A stretch of 64,000 bases of DNA from contig OZ024747.1 in NCBI GenBank assembly GCA_964016885.1, positions 4,464,001 through 4,528,000 of the forward strand, given 5' to 3'. Within the stretch, counting starts at the first letter, position 1; each line of letters starts with the position of its first letter. A program made the position numbers and the translations under genes. The DNA is from Eledone cirrhosa. Taxonomy: Eukaryota. Below the pieces are notes generated by a model, which was given only the letters and a program-made list of their open reading frames with translations, had not been told where the DNA came from and searched no databases. Below are positions 41,739 to 55,074 of the stretch, in pieces.

Positions 41739-43040
41739 TGTCAGTGTTGAACAAACGAGCAACGATGGTTGCTAGACACTACGGCTTAATACGGGATGTT
41801 TGTTTACAAACACACCGAGCATTATAATAAATGTTCGGTGAATCCATACGTACATATATATATGTGCATGTATGTATATATATATATACATACTACTGTA
41901 CGTCTGTATACATATATGTATGTACGTGTACATACTTATATATATATATATATATATATAATATGTGTGTGTGTATGTATAGATGTGTGAATATGAATAC
42001 CTGAGTTGTGTATAGAAACCTGTGGTGTGTATAGATACCTGTGGTGTGTATAGATACCTGTGGTGTGTATAGATACCTGTGGTGTGTATAGATACCTATG
42101 TATGTATAAATACCTATGTGTGTATATAAATACCTGTGTGTATATAAATAACTATGTGTATAAATAACTGTGTGTATATATAACTATGTAAGTGTATATA
42201 TAACTATGTAAGTGTATATATAACTATGTAAGTGTATAAATACCATTGTATATATGTATATATACCAGTATGTTTATATTATAGATATGTAAATAAATAT
42301 AAAATGTGTCAGAAATTGTAATATATGAAATATGAGAAAGAAAATCTTGTGAAAAAAATGTGTATAGAGTGGAACACTTAATCAAACTTCATCTTAAATA
42401 TTTCAACAGTTTTGTCATAGATTTTCTCTTTCTATTTTTTTAATCCATTCATAAATCATTCTTTCGTTTTTCTATATTTATTTACCCTTCATTTACTCAA
42501 TTTTAGAGCTTCCCAAAATTTTACATTGGCATCACATTAAAAAAAATATATATATATATGCTTTTTTTTTTTCATGACACATTAATTAAGTTTTGTTAGT
42601 AACATGAAATTAATAAAACTAATAAAAAAAAATAATTTAAAAAAACCCATCTCACATCTCAGCAGAATTGTCAAGAATTGTCAACATCTCAAATATATAC
42701 TTCACAGATAAATATTTGTTAAAAAAAAAAAGCATTGATCAGGTTTGACTTAATTTCATGGTACACTTAGAGATTATTGGCAACACAATAAAATGTTATG
42801 AAGTACGATTTAGAAACCTTTGTTTTATTAATATTCTTTTACTGGTTTCAGTCATTTGACTGCTGCCATGTTGGGGTGCTGCCATGATGGGACTTAGTCG
42901 ATAAAATCAACCTAAGTAACTATTTCTTTTTCATGTGTCATGTATTTATTTTGTCGGTCTTTTTTTCTTTTCAGACATAAACAAATAGTAAAAGGAAACA
43001 TAGACACACACTCACTCACACACATGCACACACACACACA

Positions 43041-43078
<38 letters not shown>

Positions 43079-43509
43079 AATGAAAGGCATAGAAATTGTT
43101 TTAGTGAGAAGCTAACAGTATTCCATAACATATATGCGACTATGTCGTCAAGATATATATATATGTGAAATGAACAGACCTGCTTTTTCTTGAGGAAATG
43201 TTTTTTTGTTTCTACCACTGCTCACTCAGCTCTATTTTTCAATTTCTTCTTTAATTTCTCATTCTATTTTCAGATGAAGGACTAACACCCAAACCATTAA
43301 GACTTTTGACCTTGAATAAACTGTATATGTCCATCAGAGGAGAGAGATTCTCATTTCGTCTTCTCCCACTGTGTGTCATCAAGGCAGAGTCCTCAAGTAC
43401 TCCTTCCAGCTTATTCTGTCAGAAGCAACCATCTCCAATTGATCCAGCTAGATCCAGCCTAATCGAGACCAGCTGAACTCATGGATGTTATCCAACCATC
43501 CTGCTCCTG

Positions 43510-44240
43510 GTGGTGGTCATGGGTGGTCTACCCTTGGGTTTCATTCATGTCTTAGATAATTCTATTTGGATGGTTAACTTTGATCCGTCTGACAGTAAAC
43601 TGGACAGACATGTTTCAGATTACCGTAGTCATGATATTGTCATATAACTAATTTGGTACATGTAGAAATGTTGGCATCTTGCCCATTAAACATAGTTTCT
43701 GACCTTGTCATGTCTGTGAATATATTCTGTCTTTTCAACTACTGGGTCGTCATATATGATGTGATCAATTGTTTCTATGTACTGATCATATAATCTGTAT
43801 TCAATATTAGCTATTGGTTTCATTATTTTATTTTTCTAATCTTTATATAGTTAGGCATTGATCTTTTGTAGCTAAAATCAGACCTACCATTTCTGCTTTT
43901 AGTACATAGCTTATGAGCCACTGTTAGTTTTCACACCAACTTACTTCCTCTCTGTCACGTCTTGCAGGATATTGGTCATGGAGTAGTTTCCTACACTTTC
44001 CTTTCGTATATTTTTGAGTTCCATTTTCAGTTTTTTGTCATATATTTTTATATTTGTGTTGTTTTGTCCTTTATCTTCTGTATAATTTACATCTAATTAC
44101 TACTTCATTGTTTCTCTATATAATATATTAATCAGTTTGTATTGGTTTGTTTCTATATATTTTCCTTAATCACTGTTGCTATAACTCTCTATTTCAACAA
44201 AACCCTGTCCTCTACATATACAGAATAGGTACATCCCATC
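43510..44240 (-). mobile_element. Decayed R4/Dong-like LINE, interrupted by the hAT element and continuing at 49222-49290
   Basis: IDHII..EKTEYIHRHDKV..IKVNHP (CCHC/RHD/PD region); joined across the TSD it reads RKTSKILT..KADMDGMYL..RGQG. Confidence 0.75.
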
Positions 44241-44935
44241 CAGTGGCAGACTGGGTCTAAAAATATTGGTTGCCAGGAGATAAAGGGGGCCCACCCATAT
44301 ATACAACATTATCATTTAATTTTTATAATGAATAAATGACATTTTCAAAAAATACATAACTGGAAACAAAAAAGTGCAATCAAAATGTATACTTTTTTTA
44401 TTTATTTTTTGCTAATTATAATGTATATATACTATACATCTATATATAGTGTATATATATACTATACATGTATATATATAGTGTACATATACTATACATG
44501 TATATATATATAGTGTATATATACTATACATGTATATTTAGTGTATATATACTATACATGTATATATAGTGTATATATACTATACATATTACTGGCAGTA
44601 TACAGTAATACCAAATGTAAATACAGAATATTATAATTGAATTTTTGAACAATTGTGAATGTATAGTATACTGATATTTTGAAAAGTTTTAACCAAACTG
44701 AAAATAAATTCCTATAAATCAAAAACTATGTTTTCTTATTAAAATCACGGCAACGCATCAATACCACCTCTTCATACAGACACATCATTTGTTTGTTTGC
44801 TCTTTACAACGATTTCTTTTATGGTGTTCATTTCTTCTACTTTTATTATTCGTTTCCCTTCTGAAACATTTATGTGTGTATAATATATATATATTTATAT
44901 GTATATATACATATTTATGTGTGTACATACATATT

Positions 44936-44971
<36 letters not shown>

Positions 44972-45049
44972 ATATATAACTATTTAGCTCAGTAACCTAC
45001 ATAGAGCACTCTTTTTTCCTGGACCTTTCCGACGGAATTACTACATTTT

Positions 45050-45080
<31 letters not shown>

Positions 45081-45140
45081 TAGGTAATTCTGAAGGAAAA
45101 ACAAAGGAAAAAAGAGTACTCTATGTATAGAACAGAGCTA

Positions 45141-45330
45141 TTTAATTAGAAAGTGAACAACACAAAATATAACTACTCCATTACCAAAGGTTTCTGGATC
45201 CCAGACAATAATATATGTCTGGATCGGTCATCAGACATCTCTGTCCAGACGTATATTATTATTGTCTGGGAGCCAGAAACCTTTGGTAATGGAGTAGTTA
45301 TATTTTGTGTTGCTCACTATCTAAATAATA
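45141..45330. repeat. Fold-back palindrome with a hammerhead core on the minus strand
   Basis: Arms about 45141-45223 and 45244-45330; minus strand CTGATGA-CCGATCCAGAC..GTCTGGGATCCA-GAAA-CC-TTT-GG-TA. Confidence 0.75.
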
Positions 45331-45332
45331 CG

Positions 45333-45370
<38 letters not shown>

Positions 45371-45372
<2 letters not shown>

Positions 45373-45569
45373 ACGAAGGGAATGTGGTAAGGAACCAGGT
45401 GGGCCATAACGCACCAAAGTACTCAATACTTAGGGTAGTAGAGTGGGTAATAGGAACGAGTAGGACACCGACGGCTGAGCTCAAGCCGTTTCGACGGCTA
45501 ATTCTGGACGTCCAGAATTAGCCGTCGAAACGGCTGGAGCTCAGCCGTCGGTGTCCTACTCGTTCCTAT
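45371..45569 (-). mobile_element. Fold-back element, family F, with a 120-bp near-perfect palindrome
   Basis: 45450-45569 is symmetric about GAC|GTC at 45509/45510. Confidence 0.9.
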
Positions 45570-45680
45570 ATATATATATATATATATATACATACATATA
45601 TACATACATATATATACATACAGATATATATACATTATATATACATATATATATATATATATGTATATATTATATGTATG

Positions 45681-46950
45681 AGAATAATAGTGTAAAATTA
45701 ATTATGACACCGGTTGAGGGATTTCATGTAACCTTTGCCCTCTCGCCCCCACGGCAATTTGATGTTCAGATTAAAGAGAGGTGGGGGAGTAAATTAACTG
45801 TTTTATATAATTACTTATATAAAACGAGGAAGAAGATGTCGGGAAAGAAATTGAAAAATTTGCCGTCGTTAAAAAAATAAAATTCAGCCATTACCCCTCC
45901 CATGATGCAACGGGGCAGGTAAATAATTTGACGATTTAGCGACATCAGTTCCTTAAATTTCTCTACACCGAAATCTCAAGAACTCTGTCTTTACTTAATC
46001 GCAAAAATGGGTGCAAAAAAAAGTTTCAGTTGGAGAAGCTTTTTGTGTATGGCTAGGTTGCCAGGTTACCCTATGGCAAGAGGGACCCCGGGGGTCCCAA
46101 CGCACTATTTCAGATCCAATGCTTGGCGTTAAAAAAATATCTGAAATCTAAGACGTAGAACAAAAATCAAAATAAAAACAAATAAAACAATTTTGCCATC
46201 GGGCAACCTATAAATATGTATATATACAACACATAAATATGTATGGACACACTGGAAGAGGAAGACCGAGGTTGACATATGTTGATGCCCTAAGGACAGA
46301 CACTGGTCTCTTGGAGACGAAGGACATGGCAGCGATGATGAGGGACAGAGACTGCTGGAGAGAACTCGTCCATGGATCTCGGGAATTTTACACGCCCTAG
46401 ATATATAGATTCATATAAATATATATATACATTATATCATTTGCATGTTAAAATAAAATAAATTTATTTCTGCAGTGCCACCTCGAGATTGAACCTCTCA
46501 CCTCATTACGAAAGAATGAATACCCATTACTCCTACCAACGAAGCTACCAAAGAACTTGCTGAAAGTTTATATATTTAAAGTATTAAACCCTTAAATCTA
46601 TTTATTTAATTATATATATGGAAAGTGCAGCGATAGAAGATAAATAAAACTTCAAAATAATCATAATATCCGAGATTGTTTTGAGCAAAAATGGGTGCAA
46701 AAAAGTTTCAGTTGGAGAAGCTTTTATTTATGTATTAATATGTATCTCTCTCTGTATATAAATATAATTACTTAACACACACACACACATATATATATAC
46801 ATATATATAAATACATACATTATATATATATATGAGAGCAGGGGCACTCCGTCGGTTGCGACGACGAGAATTGCTTTTTTTCCTAGAAATAAAATTTTAC
46901 TAACAGCACAATGTTTATTGTTGTTATTGTTGTTCTGTCTATTGTTATTG
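45681..46950. repeat. Left arm of the internal inverted duplication (blocks A then B)
   Basis: Reverse-complement match to 48095-49200. Confidence 0.9.
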
Positions 46951-46954
46951 TTGT

Positions 46955-46985
<31 letters not shown>

Positions 46986-47134
46986 ATTACTCCAGTAAAC
47001 TGCTGAGTGGTCTAAATCAGTTATAAACATTTATGTTTGTCGGACTTCCAACTAATTAAATACAACTTCTACTTATATATATATATATGGGTAAATGAAG
47101 TATTTCCGTCGAAAAGGACCAGGAAAAAAGAGTG

Positions 47135-47291
<157 letters not shown>

Positions 47292-47292
47292 A

Positions 47293-47690
47293 GTGGCTTA
47301 GTGGTTAGAGCATTGGGCTTGCAATCGAAAGGTTGTGAGTTCAATTCTCGGACCGGGTGATATGTTGTTTCCTTGAACAAGACACTTTATTTCACATTGC
47401 TCCAGTTTACTCAGCTGTAGAAATGAGATGATAGGACTGGGGTCCCTATCATTCCACAGCCAGCAAAGTGGTCGTGGAGGTGCCACGGCAAAAAATCACC
47501 CATCCCTCACTGTAAAGTGGATGTGTTAGGATGTGTTGGTGTTAGGAAGGGCATCCAGCTGTAGAAATCAAGCCAGAATCAGTTCCCGTATGAGCAAGAC
47601 AAGGTCAGCCGAACGGACACTGCCCACAACAGGACAACCCGTCTAACCCATGCTAGCGTGAAAGAACGGACGTAAAACGGTGATGATCAT
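47293..47690 (+). mobile_element. Full-length family-C SINE
   Basis: tRNA-like head GGCTTAGTGGTTAGAGC..GAGTTCAATTC, CORE-like TCCTTGAACAAGACACTT, tail matching 60753-61012. Confidence 0.88.
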
Positions 47691-47700
47691 GATATATAAT

Positions 47701-48020
47701 AGTCCAGAAATAGCCGTCGAAACGGCTTGAGCTCTGCCGTCGGGGTCCTGAACATTTTCCTATGACCCACTCTACTACCCTAAGTATTGAGTACTCTGGT
47801 GCGTTCTGGTCCACCTGGTTCCTTACCACACTTCCTTCGTTATATATATATATATATATAGTATGACCCCGACGGCAGAGCTCAAGCCGTTTCGACGGCT
47901 ATTTCTGGACGAAACGGCTTGAGTTCTGCCGTCGGGGTCATACTTTTTCCTATTTCTCACTCTACTACCCTAAGTATGGTGCTTTATGGTCCATCTGGTT
48001 CCTTACCACAATTCCTTTCT
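47701..48020 (+). mobile_element. Two family-F copies, the second folded back (palindrome 47860-47944)
   Basis: Both contain GAAAC-GGC-TTGAGYTCT-GCC-GTC-GGGGTC. Confidence 0.85.
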
Positions 48021-48094
48021 TATACATTATATATATATTGTTATTGTTGTTATATATAATATATATAAAATGATGATGATGATATATATTATAT

Positions 48095-49200
48095 ATAACA
48101 ACAATAAACATTGTGCTGTTAGTAAAATTTTATTTCTTAGGAAAAAAAAAGGAATTCTTGTCGCAACCGACATATAAAATTATGTTCATACATAAAAAAA
48201 AGCTTCTCCAACTGAAACTTTTTTGCACCCATTTTTGCGATTAAGTAAAGACAGAGTTATCGTTCTTGAGATTTCGGTGTAGAGAAATTTAAGGAACTGA
48301 TGTCGCTAAATCGTCAAATTATTTACCTGCCCCGTTGCATCATGGGAGGGGTAATGGCTGAATTTTATTTTTTTAACGACGGCAAATTTTTCAATTTCTT
48401 TCCCGACATGTTCTTCTTCGTTTTATATAAGTAATTATATAAAACAGTTAATTTACTCCCCCACCTCTCTTTAATCTGAACATCAAATTGCCGTGGGGGC
48501 GAGAGGGCAAAGGTTACATGAAATCCCTCAACCGGTGTCATAATTAATTTTACACTATTATTCTCAAAACAATCTCGGATATTATGATTATTTTGAAGTT
48601 TTATTTATCTTCTATCGCTGCACTTTCCATATATATAATTAAATAAATAGATTTAAGGTTTTAATACTTTAAATATATAAACTTTCAGCAAGTTCTTTGG
48701 TAGCTTCGTTGGTAGGAGTAATGGGTATTCATTCTTTCGTAATGAGGTGAGAGGTTCAATCTCGAGGTGGCACTGCAGAAATAAATTTATTTTATTATTT
48801 TAACATGCAAATGATATAATGTATATATATATTTATATGAATCTATCTATCTAGGGCGTGTAAAATTCCCGAGATCCATGGACGAGTTCTCTCCAGCAGT
48901 CTCTGTCCCTCATCATCGCTGCCATGTCCTTCGTCTCCAAGAGACCAGTGTCTGTCCTTAGGGCATCAACATATGTCAACCTCGGTCTTCCTCTTCCAGT
49001 GTGTCCATACATATTTATGTGTTGTATATATACATATTTATAGGTTGCCCGATGGCAAAATTGTTTTATTTGTTTTTATTTTGATTTTTGTTCTACGTCT
49101 TAGACTTCAGATATTTTTTTTAACGCCAAGCATTGGATCTGAAATAGTGCGTTGGGACCCCCGGGGTCCCACTTGCCATAGGGTAACCTGGCAACCTAGC
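48095..49200. repeat. Right arm of the internal inverted duplication
   Basis: Read on the minus strand it has block B then block A. Confidence 0.9.
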
Positions 49201-49332
49201 CAGTCTGCCACTGATCCCATCCATATCAGCTTTAAACTAGCGGAATTGAAATTCAGTTAGAATTTTGCTAGTTTTCCTTACAAAGTCTTCAATTCACTTA
49301 ATTTCTGGGCCATTTCTTATTTCTTGCTCGTA

Positions 49333-49363
<31 letters not shown>

Positions 49364-50496
49364 GTAAAAACTGTGAGGCTATGTCCATAGTAAGTAGAGC
49401 ACTCAGCTCAGAGGACAAGTTTGGTATAGAGTTAATTCCACAACAAATTAGCAAACCATATTCCAGTATGGTTTACTAATTTGTTGTGGAACTAACTATA
49501 TATGTGAGTGTGTGTGTGTATATATATTATATGTGTGCGTGTGTGTGTATATATATTATATATGTGTGTGTATATATTATATATGTGTTTGTGTATATAT
49601 ATTATATATGTGTGTGTATATATTATATATGTATTTGTGTGTGTGCAGATGTTATATGCGGGGCCCACCACACCTAAACTGCTCCGGGTCTCCCAAGGTG
49701 TAAATCTGGCCCTGGCTCCCTACCTAAGGGTCAGTCAGATGAAGCAAGTAGAGACACACAAACACACATCAACATTAGATATTTTTTGTTTTTACTTTTG
49801 CTTCAATATGAAAAATTAAAATATTGACTAAAAAATAATATCTTCCATCACAATCAACCAAATTATTCTATTTCAAATATTAAAATAAAGTAAATGACTA
49901 ATAACAAAATTAATATAAATTTTTTGATTAATTAATCCATTCAAGATTTCTTTTTTATTTAGCTATTAGAATTGGCTTTATATTCATTTAAAACAAACAT
50001 TTCTACAACATTCTATAAAAAAATTGTTCTTTTTAGTTGTTTGCTTTTTCATTTATTGTAATTTTGTTGTATAGACTAGTTTTGATTCTATATTGCTTTG
50101 TTTAATGTATTGTTATGTTATTATCTGCTGCTGTTGTTGTTTAGCCCCAGGTCAACCCTGATTGTGCAGACTTATGATCAAAGGCATTCCAGCTGTGAAC
50201 ATATTGTCTATTTTATTCAGACATAGTGTATCTAGGACTATATTATCAAATATGTCCTTCCCTTTAACGAATGCAATCGGAATGTGCAGCTAAGCACTCA
50301 ATAAGGTATTTTACCTTAGAGTAATAACATTACATTTAGACAGCTTTGCAAATTGAAGATTGCGACTGGTAAGCCAGCCGCACGGACCAAAGCAACGAGA
50401 CAACCAACTCGGGATATATATATATCAGTATTCTGACGATTTGGTCGGGTGGTGACTGTAATTGTATAGCCGACCATGTTATTCTTCATTCTTTTG

Positions 50497-50546
<50 letters not shown>

Positions 50547-50659
50547 GTGAAAGAGTGAAGAATAACATGGTCGGCTGTACAATAGGGTTTATTTACAGAA
50601 TTAACAAATTGTTTCATTGATCAGGTGAGGCTAAAGGCTGCTAATCACTCGAAGTTGTG

Positions 50660-50708
<49 letters not shown>

Positions 50709-51154
50709 ACAGTTAATAATCTTTTATCCTAATTTCTTGGGATTATATGTATTTATATTTATAAAATGGAATAATGCCTTGGTCACATCTGGAATGAAAT
50801 GCAGTATTATCATTGTCTAATGTCAATTTTTCCCTGCTAGCATGGGTTAGATGAGTTATCCTGTTGTGAGACAAGACAGGTCAGATGACCATGTCATACA
50901 GAACTGATTCAGTATATAAAGATTATTTTTTATTAGAAGTTTGGTTGGATGATGAGTTAGACATTTATCCACCAATAACAAAATATTGTACTTCAGATCC
51001 TGTTCTTGTTTTCTGTGATGGCTTTAAGGTATTGGTACACTCTTTACATAATTTCCTTGGTCTCTGAAGTGGGAATGTGGTACAAGTACAAAATGTTTGC
51101 TAAACCAATCAAAGAAATGTCCTTGGCAATCCTTAGCATTTTGTTAGTATAACA

Positions 51155-51320
51155 ATTATTTCTAGATTTGGCACAAGGTGAGTAATTTGAAGGGAATGGG
51201 AAAGTCGATTAAATAGACATCAATTTGTGAAACTGACACTTCATTTTATCGATTCCATAAAGACAAAGCTAACATCAGCAGGATTTGAACTCGGAACGTA
51301 AAGGGCCGTAACTCTGTGTC
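51155..51320 (-). mobile_element. Diverged family-M SINE
   Basis: GGATTTGAACTCGGAACGTAAAG and TTTTATCGAT core remnants. Confidence 0.65.
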
Positions 51321-51321
51321 G

Positions 51322-51785
51322 TAATTACTGGTAACACATCTGCAACTTTAAAACAGGGAAGACATACGCATTTGATTGTGATAGCAGGTTTACCCTTGTG
51401 GATGTCTGTTTCATTAGCATACCCCAATACAGTGATTCTATCCTTGATATCTTTAATACCTGAAGTTGCTCTCTTATCAGCTGTCATGAATGTTTTCCTG
51501 GGGTAATAATCTCATAAGAATCATCGTCATGAGCTTTATATAATGATTCTTCTGCTATATTTTTATCAGTGGCAATCGTAAAATCATCCATGAATTTCTG
51601 CTTTATAACCAACAGATATCTTATCACTATACATCTCTAAATATTTAATGCAATGTCTTTTTATAACATTTTGTAACCAGCCTTGTGAATATTCACATTT
51701 ATCTTCAATATTCTGTTCCTTTATGATAGATTTTTACTTGTTTCATAGCCATCAGTCCATTAACTCTTAACACCCTCTAATGGTG
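51322..51785 (-). pseudogene. Tigger/pogo (Jerky-like) transposase fragment
   Basis: CEYSQGWLQNVIKRHCIKYL (CENP-B HTH end) ... PRKT ... GIKDIKDRITVLGYAN; frameshifted. Confidence 0.8.
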
Positions 51786-52215
51786 AAGCAGAAAATATTA
51801 AAAAAATTGTTTGTTGCTACAAATGTTTACGAAATCATTACTAGTAGACAGATAGATCATTGTGAAAATTTGCAGTAAACTAAAATAAGGATTTCAATTT
51901 TTAATGTGATGCAGCCATAGTGCAGTTTTGTATTTTATCAAGAATGTCTTGCTAATGTAATTTAATGTGGTACATGTTAAGAGTTAAGTGGCAAGGGTTT
52001 ACTTTGACAGCAGTGAATCCATTTCATCAACACAAAGGATATCTATATTTTTGCTATGTTTTTTTTTCTATTTTTCATGAACTTCTGTTCATTACTTTCC
52101 ATATAGAATTTAATGCTGGTTATAATGTTAAATACATCAGTCAGATGTTAAATCATTACTTACTAGAGTCAGTTTTAGTTGTTTGGAATGACAAGGGCTT
52201 TACTGTCCCTTAATA

Positions 52216-52581
52216 CAGGTATGACAAACATGTGGCCCTTTAAAAGCACACCTGCAGCCCGTACAAATGTTTTTACAGCGCAAGCATGTTTTATCTTCGT
52301 AATATAAAATTAAAAAAATTAGTTGTCATGTGTGGTCCTCAGACAACACATATGACACATGTGGCCCTCGGACAACACGTGATCCATGAGGCCCTCAGAT
52401 AACACGTGATCCATGAGGCCCTCAGACAACACGTGACCCATGTGGCCCTCAGACAACACATGTGGCCCGCGGACAACATATGTGACCCATGTGGCCCTCG
52501 GACAACACGCGGCTCATGTGGCCCTCCGACAACACATGTGACCCATGTGGCCCTCGTGGGACCCTCATTTTCACATGCCTG
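52216..52581. mobile_element. hAT/Charlie-like MITE with an internal ~29-bp tandem repeat
   Basis: CAGGTATGACAAA..TTTCACATGCCTG ends; flanks CCTTAATA / CTCTAATA; repeated ATGTGGCCCTC. Confidence 0.65.
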
Positions 52582-52595
52582 CTCTAATATGTAGT

Positions 52596-52895
52596 CAGGG
52601 CCGGATTTAATAGGGGGAAATTGCCCCGAGGTCCATGCAATGTGGGGCCCCACTAGCGAGGCTGTAGCAATTTATTTGTGGCCTCTGCTTGACTTTTTAG
52701 TTTTAGGATGATTAGAATTTCTTTAATTTAATACCTGTATGTTTAACTTTTCAATTCCAATTACTTGTACCGAGCTAACTTTGATATGTAAAATGGGGGG
52801 GGGGGGAGCTGTGTATTGTAACATTTTGTGTATGAGCCACCCCCCTCCCCCTAAACCTAAAGTGTCCCCTTTTCCGGCCATTAAATCTGGCCCTG
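52596..52895. mobile_element. hAT/Tip100-like MITE
   Basis: CAGGGCCGGATTTAAT ... ATTAAATCTGGCCCTG TIRs; similar end at about 49700-49715; TSD not evident. Confidence 0.7.
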
Positions 52896-54410
52896 TTTAC
52901 AGACAATCATTCTAGTTTATTGCCACTTCTTCCTATGTAATTTACACCACACAACATCTTAAGAAATAGACGAAATTATCAGATGAACATGTTTTAAAAG
53001 TTTCTCCCTCTCACTTCCAATCCTTCCAGCATATATTCACAAATTCCACAGTTAGGTCTTTCACTTTTTCTTACATGTGGATTGGAAAACTGTAACTTTT
53101 TTCCTTTGTATTTTTTCTATTTTTTTTAGTTGTCGTTTACTTTTTATAATTTAACCAAAATGGGAAATTTTTTATCAATATGATTATAAATTTCAATATT
53201 CCCCGCATTTTACGTTAATATAAATGGAGCTGCATTTTCTTTGAGTATTTTATCTTGTAAATCTTGAATATTTATATTTTCTGCTCTGTCTATTCTAATG
53301 TTTGGGGGATTAAGATATTTTGTAATTCTATCAACTTTTGCTCTCGTATTGCTCGGTTTAAAATAATTGTACACATTTGTTTCGCCAAAATAAAAGGAAT
53401 ATGTATCCGTGTATGTTTAGGATGACAGGGTGTGAATAATAAGTTTTGTTTTGAGTCTTTTGGTTTATGATAGATATCCGCTTCAATTTGCCCACCTATC
53501 TTTTGTCAGAATATCCAAATTTCATCATGAATCGAATATTGTTATTTATAATGCTTATTATATTTTTAAATACCGCTAGATTATCTAGCGTTCGATTCAA
53601 TTAAATAGAACAGTCACCAGGAAACTTTTCCCAATTTTATTATCTAATATATATATATACATAAATGACATTACTAATATGTCCCAAATATAAACACATA
53701 ACAAATACAACCAATCATCGCCTGTGAGTGTGTTGGCTTGCTTCAAAATGTAATGTGCGCCCGATTGTCGCACTTGGTGGTGAATTGATGATCGTTGTTG
53801 TTTTCTCATTTTTTTTTTCTTTCTCTCACTCTGGTCATGTGTTTTGGTGGTGTTTTTGTGAGGTTCCTGGCGATAGTTGGTTCTATTTGTATTATGCGTA
53901 TATATTTGTGTTTATCAAATGCTGTGTCTTGATTTACTCTTTTTGGTAACTGATTGAGTACATATTTTATGAAAGGTTTTAATAGAATATTAAAAAAATA
54001 GCTTAGTTTATGTGTTTCATAAGTGTCAGTAGGTTTCATTTTTAAGCCTTGTTTTGAAGGTAATAGAACACGGAAGAAAGAACCTTCGACAAATTCGATT
54101 AAGTCAACAAAGTGGGTTCGATTCAATAGAAATACACTATATAATATATATTGTTGTTTTATCAAGTGCGTGTGTGCGTTTAGTCTATGTGTTTTCCATG
54201 TTAAACCTGTGACAATAGTCTTGAGCTGAGGTAATTCAATATATATCGATTTAGACTTTTGACATGCTTTACTAATTTTTCTATTTTTACGGACTTTCGG
54301 TAAACCGTAAAAATTGTTAGTTTTGTATTTAAAGTTTATTAAGACATCCAATTCTTTATCTGTCAAAAATCATTGATACAGATTTAATAATGTTATTCAG
54401 TTTTCCTGTT
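52896..54410 (-). mobile_element. Decayed Penelope-like retroelement: RT plus GIY-YIG endonuclease
   Basis: NNFYGLPKV, THKLSYFFNILLKPF, DIYHKPKDSKQNLLFTPCHPKHTRIHIPF, IIKSKRQLK, CKKSERPNCGICEY, NFVYFLRC..NYIG; many stops and frameshifts. Confidence 0.85.
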
Positions 54411-55018
54411 TGTCTTTTCGTAAGAAGCATTATCTTCTCTGACGTTCGATGGTTCTTGTCATCGCTGGCGGCTCGCCTTACTGAGGTATCAGGTGATACC
54501 TGTGATGGTGTTTGGCTGTTTCAGCACCTTAGTTTCACCATCGTGGTAATTAAACAAAAATTAAAACAACAAGACAATAAATAACATTAATTATAATTAC
54601 CGGTTTTCCACGTTTTTTCGTAACAAGTTTTTACTTTAAAAAAAAACAACTTCATTTAATCTTTGACCATATAGTAAAACGTTATGATAGTCATGTGGCA
54701 TTTTGGAGGCGAAACATTATTCCTAAAACATTCAAGCGATGGTTATATTTGTTAATTAGCAATTTCTCTTTCGCTATTCTTTATTTTCGGTAATGACATC
54801 TGTAAATTGATAAACTGGTAAAATTCTGAAATTAAGCGAATTTTTTCTGGTACAATATGTCCACTCAATATAATAGTCTTTGTAGTTTCTTACAATTACG
54901 AATACAAAATTTATATACGAATTCTTATGTATATATAGTGAAAACTGGGACGGGAACAAAAACAGAGAAGCAGTACAAACAAAAGTTTATTAGGTTCATG
55001 CTCTTGAGAGGGGGGGGG

Positions 55019-55074
<56 letters not shown>

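Noticed and set aside
47293-47360. tRNA gene
   Set aside because: A and B boxes are present, but there is no acceptor stem and it continues into a SINE body
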